A stretch of DNA of 57,144 nt, taken from the NCBI GenBank assembly GCA_016935335.1, contig JAFGRE010000031.1:1-57144 (forward strand). The letters are read 5' to 3'. Below, piece after piece: positions 50,432 through 57,144 of this stretch (the stretch's first letter is position 1; every line of letters starts with the position of its first letter). Made by a program: the position numbers and the translations under genes. Origin of the DNA: Deltaproteobacteria bacterium. Lineage in GTDB: Bacteria; Desulfobacterota; WTBG01; JAGOGO01. The notes beneath the pieces were generated by a model that ran no database searches, had not been told where the DNA came from, and worked only from the letters and a program-made list of their open reading frames with translations.

Positions 50432-51598
50432 TTAATCCTCGAACATTTCATCGACTGCATCTAGTGCCGATTTCTTGATTTCAGGAGTAATGTCTTTCAG
50501 TTTTTGAAAAATGTCGGTAAAGGCATCAGGTGAGAGTGGTCCAACTTGGCGCCACTTTTCAAGAAACTCTTCCTTAAAATGAGACGCAATTCGGCTGTTT
50601 CGAAAGACAATTGCCGAACTCATGGAAGGGGTCCCGCGTTGTGGGGAGAATGAACGCAATCCGATGTGCACGGTTGTTTCGTCATAAATATGATAGGAGA
50701 AGGGGATGAGCTGGCCTTCAGGGACGATGAGGCAGGCAAAAGCGTACCGATCAGAAAACATGAGCGAAAACCGTCGACACAATTCCAACCATGTATACGT
50801 GTAAAGCGGGTCGTTTTGAGGAAGGTATGAGAGGACGGTCCATTTACATGCAGGATTGTTTTTTAATACCGCTATGGTAGAGCGAATATAATTGCGGTAG
50901 ATGGGTGAGTCATAGGGCACGGGCCCTCCGAATGCAAAAACCGACTGCGCGCGCTCCTGTTGACGGATTATGTTAGCAACTGCTTCATTGGTAGAGTCGG
51001 AATAGATGACTTCACTGTCCAGCAGCAAGGTGGGAAGTCTCATCGGAAAGTCGGCAGCGTCATTATCGATCGGGGGGCTGCTGTTTTGCCAGTCTATGCA
51101 TTGCAGTTCTTTCGGCTGGCTGTCCGGAGTCGGCTTAAACTGGACCCAGTTAATCTTTGACGCGTAATCGATAGCCTTTCCCAGCACGCAGAGTCGGAAT
51201 GGGTATCCCGAGTCAGCGGCCCGGTAGGTTTTGATGGAGATGTCGTCCAAGAAGCGTTCTCCATCGAAGGTAGGCTCACCAATATTTAACGCCAAAGAAG
51301 GTTTTAAATAAAAAAGGCCGTTCTCATTTACAAGGCGAATGATCCTGGTTAAAAACAGGCAGGCAAATCGGATAGCAGGCTCGATATCTTCAAACGTAAA
51401 ATACCAACTGTCTCCACCGAGATGGAGCATCTTCATAAACGGGCTTTTCTGCTTACAGAGGGCTATCGTATCGGTGACGATTTGAATCATTGCCGCCCTT
51501 ACCCTGGCCGGGCTTGCGCCAATGATGTCTAGATCCCGGGCAAGTTGGCTCGCAAGGTCTGCAAATCCGCGCATCTCCAGAACAATAATTGCCGCCAT
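50432..51598 (-). CDS. Hypothetical protein: degenerate class III nucleotide cyclase-like N-domain + PLD-like C-domain
   Basis: AIIVLEMRGFADL, LGGDSWYFTF and ALNIGEP...DDISIKTYR mirror class III cyclase motifs. C-terminal YHIYD...IGL...AIVFRN..IASHFKEEFLEKW resembles a PLD-fold end. AAGGAG RBS. Confidence 0.6.
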   Translation of the reverse strand: MAAIIVLEMRGFADLASQLARDLDIIGASPARVRAAMIQIVTDTIALCKQKSPFMKMLHLGGDSWYFTFEDIEPAIRFACLFLTRIIRLVNENGLFYLKPSLALNIGEPTFDGERFLDDISIKTYRAADSGYPFRLCVLGKAIDYASKINWVQFKPTPDSQPKELQCIDWQNSSPPIDNDAADFPMRLPTLLLDSEVIYSDSTNEAVANIIRQQERAQSVFAFGGPVPYDSPIYRNYIRSTIAVLKNNPACKWTVLSYLPQNDPLYTYTWLELCRRFSLMFSDRYAFACLIVPEGQLIPFSYHIYDETTVHIGLRSFSPQRGTPSMSSAIVFRNSRIASHFKEEFLEKWRQVGPLSPDAFTDIFQKLKDITPEIKKSALDAVDEMFED

Positions 51599-51709
51599 AC
51601 GACGCTCCTTTCGCCCTTGCTGGCCATACCCTCAGCAACATCACTCAACCAACCAGCGGGAGCTAATGAGTTCGATTCGATCCAGGGGGTGCACAGGAGA
51701 CGAGAATGC

Positions 51710-52423
51710 TCAGTGATAAGTAGTGTCGTTATCGTCCCGCTTCTTGTTGTTTTTATGAATCACCCGAAAGCGTCTACGAAACCACATAACCTTCAATCTC
51801 GCGATCGGTTGCATGAGAATCCTTATTAAAAGATCTGATTTGAGGTACATGAAGCCGAAGAGCATCCCTCCCAAATGAGCCATGTGGGCTATGCCGCCAC
51901 CGGTGCCTGAAAATGAAAAATAAAAGGTAAAAATTCCGTAAATCAAAACAAGATATTTTATTTTAATGGGAAAGAGAAAATTGAAATAAACGATTCGGTT
52001 AGGATAGTAGAGAGCGTAGGCAAGGAGAACTCCAAAAACCGCGCCTGAAGCTCCGATTGTGGGGACGAAAGTGGCGGGGGTGAAGCAGACGGTGCAGATC
52101 CCGGCGCCGATACCGGTCACAAAAAAGTACTTCCAGAAAAATCGTGAACCCCATACTCTCTCCAGCTCGCACCCGAACATAAAGAGGGCCACCATATTAA
52201 AGATCAGATGCCATATATCGCCGTGAAGAAAAATGTAGGTAGCAAGCTGCCAAATAAAAAATTTTTTCCAAACATACAGAGGGATAAGTCCAAAGATGGC
52301 GAGCATGTCCGGCGCGGCAAGCCGTTGAACCAAAAAGGTCGTTCCGCAGGCTATGAGTATTGATTTAACCGCCGGCGTCAGGGGGCCGCCAAAGGAAACG
52401 CGATAGTGGGGATAGTAGTTCAT
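51710..52423 (-). CDS. Rhomboid intramembrane serine protease
   Basis: WQLATYIFLH, HLIFNM, GASG and AHMAHLGG. Confidence 0.93.
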   Translation of the reverse strand: MNYYPHYRVSFGGPLTPAVKSILIACGTTFLVQRLAAPDMLAIFGLIPLYVWKKFFIWQLATYIFLHGDIWHLIFNMVALFMFGCELERVWGSRFFWKYFFVTGIGAGICTVCFTPATFVPTIGASGAVFGVLLAYALYYPNRIVYFNFLFPIKIKYLVLIYGIFTFYFSFSGTGGGIAHMAHLGGMLFGFMYLKSDLLIRILMQPIARLKVMWFRRRFRVIHKNNKKRDDNDTTYH

Positions 52424-52538
52424 AAAGATACCTAACGGGAAAGAGTATGAAAATCAGAACCGCCTGAACTCGAAATAAACAAAATCATACCCCAAAACAA
52501 TGAGGTTGCAAAGAGTAAAAGTCTCCCCAAAAGCTATG

Positions 52539-53615
52539 TCACTCAATCCAACCGCCTCCCACTACCATATCCCCATCATAAAATACAACTGCTTGGCCGG
52601 GAGTGAGGGCAAGGGGAGGCTCCAAAAAGACCACCTTCACTTTCTCGTTTGACAAAGGAATAAGGTGTGCGTGCTGTTCCGGATTGCGGTACCTGATCCG
52701 TGCTTTGACCAGAAGCGGTTTCTCAAGCGATGCCATGGTAATCCAATTGGTCTTTGATGCGATCAGTTCGGTTCGGTACACTTCCTCTTTTTTACCGACG
52801 ATCACGGTATTGGTTTCTTTATCCAAGGCGACTACGTAAAGAGGATGCCCCCGGGCGATATGCAAGCCCTTGCGCTGTCCAATGGTGAAAGAAAAAATTC
52901 CCTTATGTTCGCCTAACAATTCACCACTGGTTGAAACGACGGGGCCTCGCTTCACCAATTCCGGGAAACGCGCTTGAATGAACAATGGATAATCGTTATC
53001 GGGGACGAAGCAGATTTCCTGGCTTTCGGTCCGCTCAAGCATAGTAAGCCCCAATCCCTTCGCCCTTTGGCGCACCTCTGTTTTCGTCAATCCTCCCAGG
53101 GGAAAGAGGACTGACTGGAGCTGTTTCTGGCTTAGGGAAAAAAGAAAGTAAGACTGGTCCTTTTCCTTATCGGCACCTTTTTTCAGAACGTATCGACCCG
53201 TGTGTTCATCATAGAACACTTGCGAATAATGACCGGTGGCCAGAAAGCTTGCTCCCATTTTCCGCGCCCGGCTCAAGAGAATGCCGAGCTTGATTTTTTC
53301 ATTACAAACAATACAGGGATTGGGAGTTCGTCCGGATAGATACTCCCGGCAGAATGTTTCGACTACGTGCTGATTAAATTCTTCGTGGACGTCGATTATC
53401 TGGTGGGGAATATCAATCCTTCGTGCCATTTCTGCCGCGAACTCTATTCCTTGTTGGCGCGGGTCTTGTGAAAGAGGTGCGGTCTCATTACCACGGAACA
53501 TTCGCAGGGAAACACCGATCGTCTCATATCCTTGCGCCTTAATCATGGCTGCTGCCAGAGTGCTGTCTATCCCCCCGCTCATGGCGACAACGACCGTGTC
53601 TTTCTTCCTGATCAT
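52539..53615 (-). CDS. mnmA: tRNA 2-thiouridylase
   Basis: SGGIDS PP-loop, TPNPCIVCN (CxxC type), ATGHY, KDQSYFL, ESQEICF and TPGQ. Start moved to ATG 53615. Confidence 0.95.
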   Translation of the reverse strand: MIRKKDTVVVAMSGGIDSTLAAAMIKAQGYETIGVSLRMFRGNETAPLSQDPRQQGIEFAAEMARRIDIPHQIIDVHEEFNQHVVETFCREYLSGRTPNPCIVCNEKIKLGILLSRARKMGASFLATGHYSQVFYDEHTGRYVLKKGADKEKDQSYFLFSLSQKQLQSVLFPLGGLTKTEVRQRAKGLGLTMLERTESQEICFVPDNDYPLFIQARFPELVKRGPVVSTSGELLGEHKGIFSFTIGQRKGLHIARGHPLYVVALDKETNTVIVGKKEEVYRTELIASKTNWITMASLEKPLLVKARIRYRNPEQHAHLIPLSNEKVKVVFLEPPLALTPGQAVVFYDGDMVVGGGWIE

Positions 53616-53646
53616 TCCTTGTTCCGTACCTATTGAGATATCTTGA

Positions 53647-53928
53647 TTATCTGATCGAGAATTTTTGCTTTTCGATCTGTTCACTCTTACACTTCGGACA
53701 TCGAGATGGCGGACTAAATCGAGTTCTCTTCGCAAATTGAAACCCACACTGCTTGCATTGAGCCGCTACGATCACAAAACGATTGGTGGGACGAAGGGAA
53801 CGCGCAATGTGTTCAAGATGTTCGCACAGTTCTTTTTCCTTGCAGCCGAATAGTTCTGACAAGTCGCGGACGGATACCTGCTCCTTCTTTAACAAATCGA
53901 TGATCGATTGTCTGATCGTCTGTTGCAT
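53647..53928 (-). CDS. HTH + Zn-ribbon transcriptional regulator
   Basis: TIRQSIIDLL, HLEHIARS, CKQCGF and PSRCPKCKSE. Start moved to ATG 53928. Confidence 0.8.
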   Translation of the reverse strand: MQQTIRQSIIDLLKKEQVSVRDLSELFGCKEKELCEHLEHIARSLRPTNRFVIVAAQCKQCGFQFAKRTRFSPPSRCPKCKSEQIEKQKFSIR

Positions 53929-54455
53929 AATCGATACAACTTTTTTCGGCTCTAAACCGATGAGCATTCCAGACGAAGCTATGAGGGAAAAATATCTCTC
54001 CGTAAAGGCCATTCCCGCATTTTCTTGTTCAGAAGAATAGCAGGATGGAAGAAGAGAAGGCTTGTTCCTAGGAAACTATTATTTCCTCTGTATCTCGGTT
54101 ATGACCATGCGGAAATCCCCGTGCTTTTTTACCACGATGAAACGTGTCTCCAGCAGGGGCTTACCGGGGAACTCTTCTATAATCGTGCCGCAAGTGCTGC
54201 CATGCGGCGCAGATGGGCACCTGACCATGGTAACCACCACATGTTTTTTCTCGGTTATCGGGAAGGCAAGGGGGTCATCCCTATTATTTCCTGGACGGTA
54301 TGCGCCTCCTTAGTCTGATACAATTTCATGAAAGTAAGGCGGATGAGGTAAAAATCGTATCCCCCCGGCATGGTAGATCCCCTTTCGTCAGCACTCCCTC
54401 TCGTGTGTCGAAGGTGCAACAGCGGGTGAATGTAGGTGGAGATGTGACCACCGAG

Positions 54456-55754
54456 TCAGGATTTCTTCCCCTGGGTTCTAATCAATTTGATAGCGCAGTA
54501 ATCGCCGCACATGGTACAGGTAGTTCCGTCGCCCGAAGGACTGCTTTCATAAAGTTTTCGGGCGGTTTCAGGATCGATGGATGTTGCGATTTGGCCTTCC
54601 CAATCGAGATCCTTGCGGTATCGGGCCATTCGGTTATCCAGCTCAATCGCAGAAGGCCTCCCTTTGGAGATGTCAGCCGCGTGGGCAGCGATTCGGGCAA
54701 CGATAACACCTGTTCGTACATCTTCAACCGTCGGCAACCGAAGGTGCTCAGAGGGGGTCACATAACAGAGAAAATCAGCGCCGGCAGCAGCGGCCACGGC
54801 TCCGCCGATTGCGGAGGTGATATGATCATAACCCGGAGCAATGTCGGTTACCACCGGACCGAGCACATAAAACGGGGCACCGTTACACAAACTTTTTTCC
54901 AGAAGGATGTTTGCCTCAATTTGATGAATCGGCACGTGCCCCGGTCCCTCGATCATTACCTGGACACCGAAATCCTGCGCTCGTTGAGTAAGTTCACCTA
55001 ACATTATCAATTCCTGAATCTGTCCGCGGTCAGTGGCATCGGCAATGCAGCCCGGTCGGAGTCCGTCTCCCAGGCTCAGAACCATTTCATGCTCGGCTGC
55101 TATTTCCAAGAGACGATCATAATACTCATAAAGGGGATTCTCTCGGTTGTTATAGGCCATCCACGTAGCCAAGAATGATCCGCCGCGGCTTACCACATCC
55201 AGTATCCGACCCTGAGCAGTAAGGCGTGCCATCGCCTCTTTGGTAATACCGCAATGAACGGTTATGAAATCGACGCCCTCTTCACCCTGTTGTTGAATGG
55301 TGGAGAAAATATCATCCACCGACATTTCCACAATTCCTTTTTTCCCCTTCTTCACTGTATCCACGGCGATTTGATAGATAGGCACCGTGCCGATAGGAAC
55401 CAACGATTCTTTCAGAATCTCCCGGCGAATCTCTCTAAGATCGCCGCCGGTACTTAGATCCATGACCGCATCTGCTCCAGCCGCCACAGCCACTCGCAGT
55501 TTCTCCAGTTCCACTGCTTTGTCGGCATGGTTTTCCGATGTTCCGATATTGGCATTGACCTTGGTCTTGAGACGGTTTCCTATCCCGGTTGGACGACAGT
55601 GGCCCCGATGCCGGTTCTTACAGACAACCACCCGCCCGCCCGCCACTTCCTGACGGATAATTTCCGAATCAATTCCTTCAACTTTTGCCACTTCTTCCAT
55701 TTCCGGAGTAATTTCTCCGGCTCGAGCTCGCTGTAATGTTGTTAACGTAGACAT
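54456..55754 (-). CDS. thiC: Phosphomethylpyrimidine synthase
   Basis: KVNANIGTS, MDLSTGG, GTVPIYQ, SRGG, EGPGH, YVTPSEH and CTMCGDYC; coupled to thiD. Confidence 0.93.
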   Translation of the reverse strand: MSTLTTLQRARAGEITPEMEEVAKVEGIDSEIIRQEVAGGRVVVCKNRHRGHCRPTGIGNRLKTKVNANIGTSENHADKAVELEKLRVAVAAGADAVMDLSTGGDLREIRREILKESLVPIGTVPIYQIAVDTVKKGKKGIVEMSVDDIFSTIQQQGEEGVDFITVHCGITKEAMARLTAQGRILDVVSRGGSFLATWMAYNNRENPLYEYYDRLLEIAAEHEMVLSLGDGLRPGCIADATDRGQIQELIMLGELTQRAQDFGVQVMIEGPGHVPIHQIEANILLEKSLCNGAPFYVLGPVVTDIAPGYDHITSAIGGAVAAAAGADFLCYVTPSEHLRLPTVEDVRTGVIVARIAAHAADISKGRPSAIELDNRMARYRKDLDWEGQIATSIDPETARKLYESSPSGDGTTCTMCGDYCAIKLIRTQGKKS

Positions 55755-57067
55755 AATACTTTTCTGACGACCTCCTGAGGTGTCTTGCCGAAGACTCTGA
55801 TCATGGGCTCCTTGCCGACACCCCCTAAATCATAAATAACATCTGGGATCCGATGACTTTTATCAAGAACGGAACTCACTCCCCATTCCAGGCTGGACCC
55901 TTCCTTTTTTTGTACTTTTTGGGGTTCCTGGGCACGATCAAAACTTTTGACGCGCCACTTTTGCTCGCGGCATTTTTGGAGAACCCTTTTCTCATAACGA
56001 ATATTCATCACCGACCGGTATTCCGGGTCATAGGCCATTGCGGTTAAGATGATGTTGGCGACGTGGCGGGAGGCTCCGGGCTCTGGAGGTCCTGCAGCAA
56101 CAATTGTGTCTCGACAGCGCACCAGCCGGCCAGGAAAGGCAACCACATCATCTGCTGATTGGGCCCACGGAATTGCATACCCCAGATTTGACTGAACTTC
56201 CGGAATCAGCGCCCCTACCGTGTGAGCCTGTAAAGTCTGAAACGCTTTCTGCAGCGCTTGGATGGCATGATAGACCTCTACGTCGCGGTGAAGAACCGCA
56301 TAAGGGTTGGTGGGCCCGTGGCCCTTACCCAGAGAAAAACCGAAGGATATGGATTTGGTAATGAAAGTTTTTGCCTTTTCTACTGCCTCGGGGATTGAAG
56401 GGTTTCGAGTCAGTTCCACCGCAAGGGCGGAGGCAAAGGTACACCCGGTACCATGAGTGTGCCGTGTCTGGATACGGGGAACGGAAAAAAAGAAGAGTTT
56501 CTTCCCGTCGAACAGGACGTCCACGGCAGGCCCCCGGCGGTGGCCTCCCTTGATGAGAACGTTCTGTGCCCCCCGCTGATGAATGCGCCGGGCGGCTTGT
56601 TCCATGTCACGAATTGTGTTGATCCTCTGCCCCGAGAGGATTCGGGCTTCAGGGATATTTGGAGTGACAATCGTCGCTAAGGGGAGCAGCTTGTCGATAA
56701 AGGCTGATTGTCCTTCCCTGGTGAGCAGGGTCGCTCCTGACTTCGACACCATGACCGGGTCGAAGACCTTAATCGGTATCTTGCTCGTTCTTAACTTGGT
56801 GGCGATGAGGGTAATGACATCCTTGTCCCACAACATTCCCGTTTTGACGGCATCAATCAGGATATCGGAAACGACGGCATCCCATTGAGAAGCAATGAAG
56901 GTAAGTGGTACCGGATGGATTCCGGTAACTCCCAGAGTGTTCTGGGCGGTCAACGCGGTGATGACGCTCAAGCCGTATTCACCCAGGAGGGCGATTGTTT
57001 TTAGATCCGCCTGAATTCCGGCTCCGCCACAGGAATCTGAGCCCGCTATGGTTACTATCTTCTTCAT
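55742..57067 (-). CDS. thiD: Bifunctional HMP/HMP-P kinase fused to a ThiN-type thiamine-phosphate synthase domain (ThiDN)
   Basis: TIAGSD.GGAGIQAD and HGTGC in the kinase domain. C-terminal LIPEVQSNLGYA, FPGRL, GASRHVA and GKEPMI are ThiN motifs. Confidence 0.92.
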   Translation of the reverse strand: MKKIVTIAGSDSCGGAGIQADLKTIALLGEYGLSVITALTAQNTLGVTGIHPVPLTFIASQWDAVVSDILIDAVKTGMLWDKDVITLIATKLRTSKIPIKVFDPVMVSKSGATLLTREGQSAFIDKLLPLATIVTPNIPEARILSGQRINTIRDMEQAARRIHQRGAQNVLIKGGHRRGPAVDVLFDGKKLFFFSVPRIQTRHTHGTGCTFASALAVELTRNPSIPEAVEKAKTFITKSISFGFSLGKGHGPTNPYAVLHRDVEVYHAIQALQKAFQTLQAHTVGALIPEVQSNLGYAIPWAQSADDVVAFPGRLVRCRDTIVAAGPPEPGASRHVANIILTAMAYDPEYRSVMNIRYEKRVLQKCREQKWRVKSFDRAQEPQKVQKKEGSSLEWGVSSVLDKSHRIPDVIYDLGGVGKEPMIRVFGKTPQEVVRKVLCLR

Positions 57068-57144
57068 TTCGTGCCTGTGGTCCATAAGTTCGTAAAAGGA
57101 AAATTATTAGTTTAACAAAAGTATTATCGTTATACAAACCAAAA

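Noticed and set aside
51600-51670. attC-like sequence upstream of the cyclase-like gene
   Set aside because: Only a vague half-site, with no matching RYYYAAC/GTTRRRY pair and no integrase.
54456-55754. BzaA/B/F instead of ThiC
   Set aside because: It overlaps thiDN and has no cobamide genes nearby, so ThiC is more parsimonious.
57068-57144. TPP riboswitch upstream of thiD
   Set aside because: Only 77 AT-rich bases are visible, with no CTGAGA motif; it could lie outside the window.
1-57144. CRISPR array, tRNA/rRNA, transposase/integrase, and long antisense ORFs (e.g. 152..763, 11133..11951, 40201..40812, 54300..55001)
   Set aside because: No regularly spaced repeats, RNA-gene signatures or recombinase motifs were seen by eye. 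The antisense ORFs shadow well-supported genes.

Overview
A 57-kb chromosomal segment, most likely from an anaerobic Desulfobacterota (former Deltaproteobacteria) genome. This is inferred from the PxxKW protein, the Cys-rich 4Fe-4S paralogs, the PAS-LuxR regulators, IorA and GerMN. About 48 CDSs are supported; I saw no rRNA, tRNA, CRISPR array or intact mobile element. Bases 1-16.5 kb form an accessory redox/catabolic block: VOC protein, tsaC, a tandem 4Fe-4S pair separated by a decayed tsaC copy, a Mo-bisPGD oxidoreductase, an FAD oxidoreductase, Rid-MFS-aminotransferase, and two PAS-LuxR regulators. The rest is mostly housekeeping: ftsEX-envC-ctpA, hisB/hisA, larA-glcD-glcF, an EF-G paralog, iorA, rarA, a divergent dnaA paralog, archaeal-type thyA, bioB, a Mur ligase, mobA, dtd, mnmA and thiDN-thiC. 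The best candidate for an undescribed system is a module repeated after each PAS-LuxR gene. It consists of an inverted repeat plus phased half-sites, a sigma70 promoter at identical spacing, and an ORF-less terminator hairpin with a large CU-rich anti-Shine-Dalgarno loop. Each loop can pair with the RBS of its own regulator, which suggests a one-component sensor driving a small RNA with feedback. The second candidate is an orphan protein fusing a degenerate class III nucleotide cyclase to a PLD-like domain. All calls are by eye; no database searches or folding programs were run.
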